DNA of 62,518 nucleotides, taken from NCBI RefSeq assembly GCF_000281045.1, contig NW_008246105.1:133644-196161 (forward strand), written 5' to 3'. Under the pieces are notes generated by a model. The model was not told the origin of the DNA, did not search any database, and saw only the letters and a list, made by a program, of their open reading frames with translations. Shown here in pieces: positions 13,001-24,782 of this stretch. Within the stretch, counting starts at the first letter, position 1; every line of letters starts with the position of its first letter. Both the position numbers and the translations under genes were made by a program. Source of the stretch: Saprolegnia diclina VS20. Its lineage: Eukaryota.

Positions 13001-14565
13001 CTCCAGCTCATTTTGCCGCGCATCTACAACGGCTTGGGTAACACGCCGGCCGAGATCGACAGCTTGCTCTTGGTGGCGAATCTGCAAAAGAGCGTGCTCG
13101 ATAAGCTTCGCGACGAACGGCCGGACGAGCTGCCGCGGCACACGACCGCACTCGCGACGACCAACTACAAACTCGCCGTTGTCCACAACACCATGAAAGA
13201 CTGGTATCTCTCCATTGATCTTCCTCTCGAGTTGTCAATGTATCAATGTATCGATTGCAAAGGGACAACGTGCTCAAGTACTGCACGATGGCGCTGCGGG
13301 CCGACGAGTCCCACGAAGAGTCGATTCTGTGTCTCGCGCGCATTTACAACCAAATGCAAAACACGGAGCAGTGCCAAGCCAAGTGCACGACCTTGCTCCG
13401 CCTCAACCCGTCGCACGAAGAAGCGGCGATGATGCTGGCCGACCTCATGCTGCAAAAGGACGACAATGAATCGGCAATTTTCCACTTTCAAAACGTACAG
13501 TTTGTCGAAACGCCGTATCCATTCGTCATGGTGATCGTAGCTGCTCGAAGCCAAGTCGGACAACTTTGCCGTGCTCAGCCGCTTCATTACGATGCTCCGC
13601 CACGCCGGCAAGCTCGAGCGTGTGCCCCGGTACCTCAAACTGGCCGAGCGGTCGGGGCCGCGCGTTGCGCACTCGGCCGGGTTGCACTTTTGCAAGGGCT
13701 TGTACAACCGGTACCAAAACCGCATCCACGACGCGGTCGCTGAATTCAACTTGGCGCGGAAGGACCCCGAGTGGGGCGGCCACGCACTTATCCACATGAT
13801 TGAGATCTATCTCAACCCCGACAACGAAAACATTTGGGACACGCCAGACGTACGTCGTCGTTGCTGTCGCATAATGCACAATAGTGTCCTGTGTAGGACT
13901 CGTCCAAGGAGCAAACCGAGAACATTCGTATCGCAAATGCGCTCTTGGACGAGCTCCCGGACGAGAAAACGCTCAAGCTGCGCGTGCTCGAAGCGTACGC
14001 GATTCTCGCCAACAAGACCAAACCGACGATTGAGAAGGCGATCGCGGTGTTCCTCGAGATCCTCGAGCTCGAAAAGGACAGCGTCGCCGCGCTCTTGGGG
14101 CTCGCAACGGCCTACATGCTCGCCAAGCAGCAGCCGAAAGCGCGCAACCAGCTCAAGCGCATCGCCAAAATGACCTACGACCCGGCGATCGCGGACGAGT
14201 TTGAACGCAGCTACATCCTCCTCGCCGACATTTACGTGTCGCGGTCCAAATACGACTTGGCACAGGAGCTCTGCAAGAAGGCTCTGTTGCACAACAAGAG
14301 CTCGGGCAAAGCGTGGGAGCTCCTCGGCCTCATCATGGAGAAGGAGCAGTCGTACCAAGACGCGGCCGACTGCTACAGTGAGGCGTGGAAGTGCGGCGGC
14401 GAAGCGTCGGCGCCCATTGGCTTCAAGCTCGCGTTCAACTACCTCAAGGCCAAGCGCTACGTCGAGGCGATCGACGTGAGCCAGAAAGTGCTCGACAAGT
14501 TTCCCGACTACCCAAAGATCCGCAAGGAGATCCGCGAGAAGGCCCAAGCCGGCTTGCGCCCGTGA
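10041..14565 (+). CDS. TTC21B: Intraflagellar transport protein IFT139/TTC21B (TPR protein), multi-exon
   Basis: N-terminus MSSGDPRVLINYYVRKGWYDHVQ, long TPR array, C-terminus GFKLAFNYLKAKRYVEAIDVSQKVLDKFPDYPKIRKEIREKAQAGLRP typical of TTC21. More than a dozen short introns. Confidence 0.93.
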
Positions 14566-14620
14566 GCATCCACATACATACGCAGACCGATCCAGATGGG
14601 AGATGAAAGGGAGTAAGTTC

Positions 14621-16072
14621 TTAGCCCGCGACTGCAAACCCGGGCTTAATCCACTTTTTGGGTTTGTTTTCTACGCTTTTGCAAATGTCAATGTGCTGCT
14701 GCGCGCCCGACGGCGCAAACTTGCGCTGGCAGCTTGGACACACCACGAACGTCGACTGGTAGTCGTGATACGCGCCGGACGGACCGTGTTTTGGCTTGCG
14801 CACCTTGGGCGGGTCCTTCTCGGACGCCCGGCGCACCACGGAGGGTGGTGCGATCGTGTGGTTCCACGCGTTCTCGCCGCCAAAGACGCGTTGGCAGCAG
14901 GCTTCGTGCTTGGCCAGTCGTCCCTACGCAGGATGGTCCTATCGTGCCCGCTGGCGATGGCCAGAAACGCACCTCGGCGAACGTTCGACTGCAGTAGCGA
15001 CACTGCTCGGTCAGATTCTGGCGTGTCGGCGGCGGCTCTGAGTAGCGCTTGAGCTTTGTCAGTGCGTGGTCGTGGTCGATGGTGGGCACCACCGTGGGCT
15101 TGTCGTCAGCCTCGACACGAAGCAACGACTGCCGGCGCCGGCGTTGCTTGAGCAAAACGAGCTGCGATTTGATCTGTTCGGCGTCGGCGGTGGAGATCGT
15201 GGCTGCATAGTGCGCCGACCGATTGGCGGTTGTCTGCGTCATGGCGTCGGTACCCTGTTTGGGGAAGAGCTCGGTGACGACGTCGGTTGCCTCCTTGAAG
15301 ACGGCCGTCTGCCCGCTTTTGTGGTGCGCTAGCACCGCGCACGTTTGCATGTGCGAGAGCAGCTTCCACGCTGGAGCCGACTGACCGCAAAACATGCAGT
15401 ACATGCAGTTCTTGGTGCTCAAGAATGACGCACTCGACGTGGACTGTGGCGTCGCTTCGTCACACATGCTATCGTTGGCCTCGGGTGCCGCCTCGTGGGA
15501 CGTCAGTGGGATGCGAGGCTCGGTCTTGACAAGGATCACGTCGTCGGGGCTACGCACGATAGGTTGAAGGTACGATAGGATAAGAGATCAACGTACCAGG
15601 TCCACGACGACTCGCGCGTTCGCCGGTTGTAGTAGTACTTCTTCCCATCGGCCGTATACGCTTCCTTCCACTCGTCCATGGGCGCGTCTTTGGAGTCGGC
15701 GGTCGTGCCCGCGCTCGACGCGCCCGACTGCGTGAGCGCCGACGCCGACGACAGCCGCGCGGTCGTTGTGAAGGTCGCCAGCGACTTTTGCATCTCTTCG
15801 TCCTCGGCCCTTCGCTGCTGGAGGCTCTCGTTGACCTTGTTGGCTTCCAGCACAAGCTTCTCGTCCATCTCCTTCTCGAGCCGACGCAGCCACGAGAGCT
15901 CGCCGCCCAGCGCCGTCGGCGACGACGTGCCATGGGCGTGGGCGGCATCATCCTCATCCTCGTCGAAGATGACATCGTCGTCCATCATGTAGTCGTCATG
16001 CGCCAAGGACGAGGTCGGCGACATGGCGTCGTCGTACAGCGCTTCCTGCTCGCTCCTCGTCGGGCTGTCCAT
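14621..16072 (-). CDS. WW-domain plus C2HC zinc-finger protein
   Basis: WW: EWKEAYTADGKKYYYNRRTRESSWT. Zn fingers: CMFCGQ..LLSHMQTC, CRYCSRTF.. and CPSCQRKFAPSGAQQHIDIC. Short introns. Confidence 0.75.
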
Positions 16073-16467
16073 CTTCCAAATTCCAAGAGAGCCAATCACA
16101 CGCCGTGGCCTCGGGTCCCAGTAACCAATCCAAATTGGTGGTTTGAAAATTATCTACCAATCACGAGGCACCGTCGACACTGGCTTTTGAAAATACGTGG
16201 CACGACGCGCGCACGCCGATCCAAATGTAGGCTAGGAATATCGACTCATCGTTCGGACCCGAATCCCAATATATGCTCCCACCCGCCGACTTACCCTGGG
16301 TCATGCTGGTCTGGCCTCTATTAGAGCCGCTGTGGCGGGACCGGCGCGTGTCTGCTGCACTGCCCGCTATCTGATCCCAAGGTACACTAGCACTGTAGAA
16401 GAGCATTTGGGTGACTGCTTGTTTCTGCGATCTTCTTACAAACCCGCAGCAGTCTCCATCTTGCACC

Positions 16468-16929
16468 ATGCAAGGCGAATCTCTGCACTGGCGCCTCGTC
16501 GTCTACTGGGTCCTCTTCCTACTGCTTGTGCTCGCGCCTCTCGACGCGCTCTTGCAAGCGCTCTTTGAAGCGCGCCAGTGGTACGCGATTGACACCTCCG
16601 CCGTCGCGCCCAAGGACGTAACGAGTCCGCTTCGTATCCAGCGCGTCGCCCTCGCACAGCGCTGGCCCCTCGCGCTGCGCAAGCGGTCCGCCTCCCGCGC
16701 GCTCTTCCTCGAGTACGTGCCGCTCGTCCTCACGACGTGGGCTTTGGGCGTCGTGCCCGTCTACGCGCCGCTGGATGCCGCCGTGGAAGCCGCCCTTGTC
16801 GTCGCAACGTGCGTCCTCGGCGGATTCTTTCTGCAGCAAGCCCATACCCGTCAAGTGCTCCAGTACCAGCAAGAACAGTGGTGCCTCTGGGAGGAAAGTA
16901 TGCTCGCGCAGCTTCCGCCATCGGACTAG
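16468..16929 (+). CDS. Small hypothetical multi-pass membrane protein
   Basis: ATG at 16468 (MQGESLHWRLVVYWVLFLLLVL); three hydrophobic segments; coding-like codon use. Confidence 0.6.
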   Translation: MQGESLHWRLVVYWVLFLLLVLAPLDALLQALFEARQWYAIDTSAVAPKDVTSPLRIQRVALAQRWPLALRKRSASRALFLEYVPLVLTTWALGVVPVYAPLDAAVEAALVVATCVLGGFFLQQAHTRQVLQYQQEQWCLWEESMLAQLPPSD

Positions 16930-17425
16930 CAAATCGTTTGTGTTTTAGTCTATTCGCCTTTGATATAGCAAGGCCATCCTTGGTGGTTGTGTGAGTTAGT
17001 ACATGGTTTTAAAATCGGTCGTATACAGTATCTACTAGTCGTTCGACTGGAACTCCGGTTCCGCTGACATACTAGTAGCAACAATGGGCAGCAAGGGAGC
17101 ACACGTTCGCGTTGCGAGAGGGATTTGGTCTGGCCCCACGACCCGTCCCCAACGCATCACGTCGGACCCACTGTGGGACGCCCGAGGTCCGACGGCAACG
17201 CAGACACAACCCACCCACAATCCTGTCGACTCGCCTACTAACTAGTATTCTACTAGTATATGAATGATTGTATTCTGTGTGGATTGATGTACAGTATTGT
17301 CGACGATGAGATATCCAAAGCACTCCATCATCGCCGATATTCCGATGACGCAAACAGGCGGTGTTACAAAACGGGTAGGTCCCCGTACTCGGTCCACTGG
17401 TTTTGTTTGGCTGCAGACAGGCGAC

Positions 17426-20400
17426 ATGACGGCCGAGACGACGCCGACCAAGACGCCCAAGTCGCCAGAGCTCTCGGAGCCGGAGCTGGCGGCGCTGCTC
17501 GCCAAGCTCAACTTGGACACGGGCGATGTCGTGCTCTTTGACCGCAAGTGCCACCTCATGAACGCCTACGGCATGATCCTCTGTGAAGGCGCCAAGATCT
17601 TTGGCCAAACGCGCTGGGACCACAACGGCGTCCTCTACAAGACCGACGCCGGTACGTGCGTGCACGCTCATGCTATGCTCACCTCGTCCTAGGCGAACTC
17701 ATGTTTATGGAGGCGTCGCTCGCTGGCGTCAAGCTGCGCCCGCTCATCGACCGCATCCGCCACAGCCGGTCGTACGAGGTCGACCACTCCATGCAATATG
17801 AGCTCACGCTACTGTCCACAGGTGCGCATCCAGAAGCTCGAGGTGCATCGCACGCCCGAATTTCGCCAGCGCGCAACCGAGTTTATCAACAGCATCCTCG
17901 ACGTCCCGTATGAGAAGCGTGTCCACGGTACTACCTTTGGGGTTTGCACTTTTGAGATTGCACTTTTGAGTTTGCACTTTTGAGTTTGCACTTTTTGAGT
18001 TTGCACTTTCTAAAACGATGGCTAGTGATCTTTAACGCGCAGACGCTCGTGCCGGCCCGGGTCGAGCGTGAAAAGCTCTACCACGACATGGTCGATGGCG
18101 TCGTCGACCGCCATTTTCGCTCATGCCATGGAAATAGGTCGAACGGCGCCGGCAGATTGAACAACTCGAAGAAGATCTGGCGCGCCGCGCCAACATGACG
18201 TCGTTCGAGCGCAACTCGCTGCGCACGGCGCTGACGCGGCTGCGTGAAGAGCACTCGGCGCTCGTCGAGACGCTCGACCACACGGAACGGTCGGCACGTT
18301 TGCCTGCATGCGGCTTTACATGATTCTGGTAGATCGATCTTCGAAAACCAAAGCTCGCGCGCGACGCCCCAGAGTGTGTTTTGCTCGCAGCTCGTCGCTG
18401 CGTTCTACCAGCACCTCGGGCTCCTCTTGCCGTACCCCGCCGCCAACTCGTACGTCCCCAAGCACTTTAGCGCGACGAGCGACTACATGAAGCTCCAGAG
18501 TACGCCCTATGAAAAGTGGTCGATGTGTCCCGAATCTCGTATGTGTTTTGTGCGTAGACGCGGCGTGGCTACCTCAGATCTCATTGCGCGAAGATGTGGC
18601 GGCGACGACGGCGGTGATCGAAGCAGCCCACACGCACGTGCCGCCGCCGCCAGAGGCCATCGTCAAGATCGTCCGCGCGCTCCAGCGGCACTCGCTCTTC
18701 CACTCGTTCTCCGAGTCGGAGCTCCGATCGATTGCGAGTCGCTTCCGGCGTCAGCAGTACGCGACCCCGCCTTGAGCGCGAGTGACTTGACGTTTTTGCA
18801 TAGGTACGCCAAAGGGCAGGTTGTCTTTTACCAAGGCAGCAGTGGTGACTACTTCCACATCATCGAGCAAGGCGAGTGCGACGTGTACGTCGACTATGCG
18901 ACGTTCCGACACCAGACGCCGACCGAGACCACGCGAGACGCGACGCCAAGCGGCGTCCACCTCCGTCGCAACATGAGCCGGTCGTTTAGTCAGCCATCGA
19001 CAACAGCCAACGAGCAGGTGCGCCATGACGGTTGAGTTGCATCGTCAAACATATGTAGATCCTCGTCGCCACCAACGGACCGGGCAACACGTTTGGTGAC
19101 TCGGCCCTCATGTACCACACGCCCCGTCGCGCGACAGTCAAGTGCCAAAGCGACGTCGTGACGTACGCACTCGACCAGGAGGCCTTCTCGGCCATCGTGT
19201 CGTCGCATCCGACCGCGCAAAAGTCGCTCAGCGAGCGTCAATTTCTGCTCGGCGCACTCAAGACGCACCCGCTGTTTGCGGACCTCAACGCGCAGGCGCA
19301 CGCCGCTGCCGTCCGTTCAAACATAAAAATATCAAGTTGATACTAACTGGTATCAATCTAGGTCCGGCAATGTTTTCCGCTGCGATTTGCGAAAGGCACG
19401 ACCATCATCCAGCAAGGCGACTGCGGCGACTACATTTATGTCATTGAGAAAGGCGCGTGTGCGTTGACGCGCGCCAAGCCCGACCAAGGTACGTTTGCTC
19501 ATTTTGAATCTCAAACTCAAAAACAGTCTAGAGACGCCGGTGCTGGATCGTGTGCTTGGCCCAAACGACTCGTTTGGCGAAGCAGCGCTCTTGTACAACA
19601 GCCGTCGCGGTGCCACCGTCACGGCCCTCGACGACTGCAAAGTGTGGTGCATGGTATGTCACCCCTTTTTGTCATTTCGTCATTGGCGATCCCATGGGAC
19701 AGGACCGCGCGGCGCTGCTCACCATCAGTCAAAGCGGGTCGTCGGCGCTGCATCGTGTCTTCAACGACGCCGCCAGCGTGCACACGTCGGACGGTGCGCT
19801 GTTGACAAAAAAGGATTTTCTCGACCTTTTCGGGTCCAATAATGGCCGCGACACGGCGGCGCTCGAGACCGCTGCGTCCGTCCTCTTCCCCGGCACGAAC
19901 GACGTGGCCAACTTTTCGCAATTTGCCAACTTTCACATGTGCCTCGAGGCGTACGGCGGCGCGCGCGGCAACCCCCTTTTGGCTCAAGCTCTCTTGCGCG
20001 TATTATCTCGGCTTACCTCGATGTACCCTAACCCTCTCCACTGTCTAGTCGGTCCATGCGCACATGCACGACGACGAGTGGACGTCCGCAGTCTTCAACG
20101 CGACGTCGGACATCAACTATACCGACTGCGTCGATCTCTGTCGCCGCTGGATCGAGGCGCCCAGTTCGCTCTCGACGGCCGCGCGCGACCTGCTCCAGTC
20201 GCTTCACCGCGACCTTGGCGTCGTCGAACGGCTCTGGAAACAAACGTCGTTCGAGGTACTTAACGCTATTTGTCTCTCTTGTGCCAAGCATGCCATGTTG
20301 ATACGTTGATAGACGGCGATTCGGCGCCGACCCAACTTGACGACGTCGTCGGCGCCCGACGGCCCCGTGCCCTTCCGCACCAACTCGTCGATTGGCTACG

Positions 20401-21489
20401 TGAGCGCCGCGATTCTCGCCGGCATTTGTGCCCGCACCGTCACAGCGCCGCTGGAGCGCTTGAAGCTCTTTCGACAGGTGCGACTGTACCCGTCGCAGCT
20501 ACGCCTCGTCCAGAGCTGGGCGCGCATGGTATCAACAGCGGGGCTCCAAAGTACGTAGCTTTTCTCAAAAGCAAATGCTCAAACTTGGCAGGCTTGTTTG
20601 CGGGCAACCTCGTTCACTGCGTCAAGATCTTTCCGTCGTTCCCGCTCAAGCTCGCGTTTTGCGACATGTACCGCCAGCAATTCGAGCATCTCGGTGCGTC
20701 ACTTTTTTCTTTCAATGTATCAAGTTGGCATGGGGATAGGCTTGCGCTCGGAAGTCAAGAACGTCGTCGCAGGCGGTTGCGCCGGTATCACGGTCAACAG
20801 TGTCGTGTACCCACTCGACGTGCTCCGCGGCCGCCTCGCGCTCCAGCAGGCTCTTTCGCCCATGAAGACGTACGCCACGTCGTTCGACTGCCTCCGCAGC
20901 ATGGTACGCACATAATCAGTCGATAGTAGCGACTAAGTCGGCGACTAGGTGCACACGGACGGCGTCGCGTCCCTCTACCGCGGCTTTGGCATTTCGACGA
21001 TCGGGTCATTTGTCTACATTGGGCTCAATTATGCACTCTACGAGTTCTTCCGCCCGGCCATGCTCCTCGGTGGCGACGACGGGTACATCTCTTTTGCGCT
21101 CGCATTGCTTGTCCTTATTGCGTAACTAGCTTTACGTCGGACGTCTCGCGGTCGACGCTGCCAGGGCAAATTGGGTGCGCGGTCGTGGCGTCGCTCGGCG
21201 CCCAGCTCTCGACGTTTCCGTATGACGTCATTCGCCGCAAGCTCCAAGTCCAGGGCGACTGGCTGCCCGGCCACACGTTTCCGACGTACACAACGCTCTC
21301 TCGATCCATGTGCCATCAAATGCGATGTGTAGGTACTCGTCGACGTGGCACTGCATCAAGGAAACGGCGCGCGAGACGCCGTGGCGCGTCGGTGGCTTCT
21401 ATCGCGGCCTTGTGCCCAACATGCTGCGCCTTGTGCCGGCGGCGACCGTCTCGTTTGCAGCGTATGAAAAGCTCCGCGACGACCCGTAG
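17426..21489 (+). CDS. Fusion protein: permuted papain-like (YiiX/YaeF, C92) domain + 2 cNMP-binding domains + degenerate EF-hands + SLC25 mitochondrial carrier
   Basis: [35 protein letters not shown] (C92-like); [16 protein letters not shown] and [16 protein letters not shown] (cNMP cassettes); APLERLK, YPLDVLR, FPYDVIR and GFYRG (three carrier repeats). The exons I traced stay in frame through GT-AG introns. Stop TAG 21487-21489. Confidence 0.82.
17943..18010 (+). repeat. Intronic tandem repeat, ~5 x 14-mer TTTGCACTTTTGAG
   Basis: Directly visible: tttgcacttttgag attgcacttttgag tttgcacttttgag tttgcactttttgag tttgcactttc. Confidence 0.95.
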
Positions 21490-21542
21490 AGTATCAACTT
21501 GATACACTCCATTGTTCATATCAAAACGAGAGATCTCGACAC

Positions 21543-23015
21543 TTAGTGCACAGCGTCGTAAAAGAGGCTGCTGAGGCCGTAGCGAATGCCAAAGGCTAGC
21601 GCACAGCAAAACACTTGAAACGTCAGGAGGAGCACGACCAAGGTGCGCTCGGGCATTGGGCCAAAGACGACGAGGAAGAGGTTGAGCACCGTGTAGTTGC
21701 TCCGCGTCGACTCGGGCGTGATCTACAAAATGCAGTGGAAAGGGTGCGGGACAGCGAGAAGAGACCGTGGACGGCTCGAGGTTGCCGGTCGCAGCGTTGA
21801 ACTTTGGAAGGCGGTGGCGCGGACACGGCACGAGCTTGACGAGCTGCGGCATCGAGTAGAGGAAATTGAGAATTTGGGGCGCGAAAAACAGCAAGAGCGT
21901 CTTGGAAAAATGCCCCAAAATGCCCGCGACAGCAAACGTCATGCCGGCGTAGTAGCAAAAGGTGTCGCCCACAAACACCCGCGACGGGTACCTACGACGA
22001 CCCCTTTTGAGTAGGATGATTGCATTCGAACGAGGACGTACCAGTTATAGCGGAGCAGACCGAGCGTCGTGGCGAGGAATGGCAGCATGAGCACGAGTGA
22101 AAAGTAATGATACTGATCGCCGTCGTGACCGCGGTAGATCTGAATGACGTTTTGAATCACAACCGCAAGCCCAATCACAAACGACTAGATGGACGACTAG
22201 ATCGAATGGTGTTGCCACGATTTCCGTAGACGTACCTGGCCCGCTTCGAGGCCGTTGATGCCGGCATAAATGTTGATGGCGTTCGTGCAGAAGACCGCCA
22301 TCATGCCCATGTAGACATAGTAGATCCAACCTAAACATTCAGAATGAGCGTATTCTGTGCTGGAATCGACGCACGGACCCAGATCGATGATTTCGCCTTG
22401 CGCCGAGACCTAAGAACCACAAGGCGCATCGTGAGCGCATGTTGCTACAGTGCGCACGACACACTTCGAAGAGGAGCGAGAGGACGCCATGGAGCGGGCT
22501 CGACTCGGCGATGAGGCCGCGAAGAGGCTTGGGGATGACGACGGCTGTTAGGCCCGAGTAGTGCAACAGCACTGGAATCGTCGCTAGCGGCGGAAAGAGC
22601 AGTTTGTGGCGCCACTTGAGATCATGCAGATCGTCCCAAAAGCTACGCAGTACGAGCCGGTGACGACGTGGCGTAAGGCGAGGCGCTGTACCCGAGCACG
22701 ATCATGGCGGTGATCGAGGCGATGCCCCAGCGCATGCTCGACTGATGCGTCTCGATGAAGAACGTGAGGAGCGTCGCGAGGACGACAAAGACCAACCCAG
22801 AGACAATGCCCAGCGCCTCGGGGCTAGCACCATCGCATGAGACGATCGAGGTTGAGAGGGTCATGGACGTACATGGGCACGTCGCCCGCCGGCGTCCCGC
22901 GCTTGCAGAGGTCCTTGCCCGTGAGCTTAGCCGGTAGCTTGGTCTTGACCTTCTCGATGAGCACGGCGACGGCCACGTAGCCGCCGGTGCAGACACCGCC
23001 CAGAAGCGACCACAT
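21543..23015 (-). CDS. DPAGT1: UDP-GlcNAc:dolichyl-phosphate GlcNAc-1-phosphotransferase
   Basis: [76 protein letters not shown] motifs; multi-exon. Confidence 0.95.
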
Positions 23016-23544
23016 TGCAGTGAAATGACTTGTGGCCTCGGATTGGCTATCATAAAAATATGGTCGCTACACAGTACATTGGTATGAAAATTTAATATTT
23101 CGAAAAGAATCGAGCCACCACACGTGGCAGCACGAGGCGGCAGCCCGTGGCAGGGTGACCGCCATACGACCGTCGGGTCTGCGTGCAGCGGGAGAACCTA
23201 AAGCGCAGAACCGCACGCACACACACAGGCAGCGCCCAATACGTACGCTCCGTGTCGTCGTTCAGCGGCACTAGGTCTCTGCGCTGCCATAATACCAGCA
23301 GCAGTAGAACCAAGCACGTTGGCAAGAGGTGCGCCGTCATAGACGCGCGAAGCTGACGCGCTGGGCGCTAGAAACGCCTTCAAGTTCAGCGGAATGCGGT
23401 CCATCAGGCGAGATGACACCTTTGGGCGTAGTACGTTGCAAGCTGCGCGCCGTGTGCACGAGTAAAACGTCCTTGAACCTACGGGTCCAAGGAGTAAAAG
23501 TCGTTTTACGTGGTTTTACGTTCGTCCGGCATTCTTTAACGTGT

Positions 23545-24738
23545 ATGTCCCGCGACGCCTTTGTGGAGCTCTTTACCAGCTTTGTCCATGAGGCGCAGAC
23601 AAGCGTGGGCTTTGACACGCCTGGCGCCAGCGTGCTGCTAGCCAAGGCGCGCGTCGCCCTCGAGCCGCTCCGCGCTACCTGCCACCAGGCCGCGGACGAC
23701 GTCGCGCAGCTCGAGCAGCGTCTATCGCACCGACTCGCGCACGACGGCGACGACCGCCGCCGCTTCTTGGCCATGGACCGACAAGGAACCGGCTTTCTCA
23801 GCTACGATGACTTTCAGCGCGCCTTGGATGTACGCGCACTCTGTGGCGCAGCGGCTTGACCGGATGTATATAGCGCCTCAACCTGCCCACCGACCCTGCG
23901 ACCGTGGCCCGGCTGCTGCTCAAGTACGACCGCAGCGGCCGCGGGTACGTCAATTACACGAGTTTTCTGCGACTGCGCCGTCTTTCGGAGGCCCCTATCT
24001 CGACGTTGCACGCTGCGCAGGCCCAAGTGCTTGCACTGCCGTGTCCGTCGTCCGACGACCTCGCCGAGCTCGAGCGTTGGCGCCACGAGCGCGCGATGGC
24101 CCGTCTCCGCACCAAGCTCTACGAAAAAAGCACGTCATTGCGTCAGCTGTACCTGCACTTGGACAAGGACCGGTATATGAGCCGTGTGCACACGGGCTCG
24201 AAAAATCTGACAGGTTGGTAGCTTTGGCGCCGTCACCGTCGACGAGCTGCATGACGGGCTGGCCTCCATGGGCATTCTTCTTGCCAAGCCCGAGCTCGAC
24301 GCCATTGCAGCACACTGTCCCACTCGACACGGCATGCTCGCTCTCGGCGACTTTTGCCGGCTTGTCGATGCCCTCCCAGACGAGGCACGGAACGACGACG
24401 CGATCTGGCCTACAAGCTTCGCTCTGCCCACGCCCGCGTCAAGGGACGAGGCCCGAAGAGTACCTCAGCACACGACGGTGCTGGACGACGTGGAGGCGGT
24501 ACGCGTGCCATTGGTCGCGGACCTCGTCGCGGAAGGCAAGACAGCGCGGGCGCTCTTTGCCGCGCTCTGCGATCCGCAAGCGCATGTGATCACGGTCCAC
24601 TCGTTGGAGAGAGCGCTAGCACGACAGCAGCTGCCCATACCCCCTCGAGATGCGCTCGTGCGTCTCGTAAGTGCATACGACAAGACGGGCACCGGATCTC
24701 TGGCGCTGCACGAATTTTTGCCGCTGCTGCGCCCGTAG
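23545..24738 (+). CDS. Multi-EF-hand calcium-binding protein
   Basis: EF loops DRQGTGFLSYDDF, DRSGRGYVNYTSF, DKDR/FGAVTVDEL and DKTGTGSLALHEF; two short introns. Confidence 0.75.
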
Positions 24739-24782
24739 GCTGCCACGTAGCATGCAACTCGGTGTTATCTTGTGTAACGTCG

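Noticed and set aside
17041..17065. GTTCGA T-loop-like word
   Set aside because: No cloverleaf or A-box context; not a tRNA.
17943..18010. Repeat array as a possible CRISPR or telomeric tract
   Set aside because: No spacers, eukaryotic intron context, and the unit is not TTTAGGG-like.
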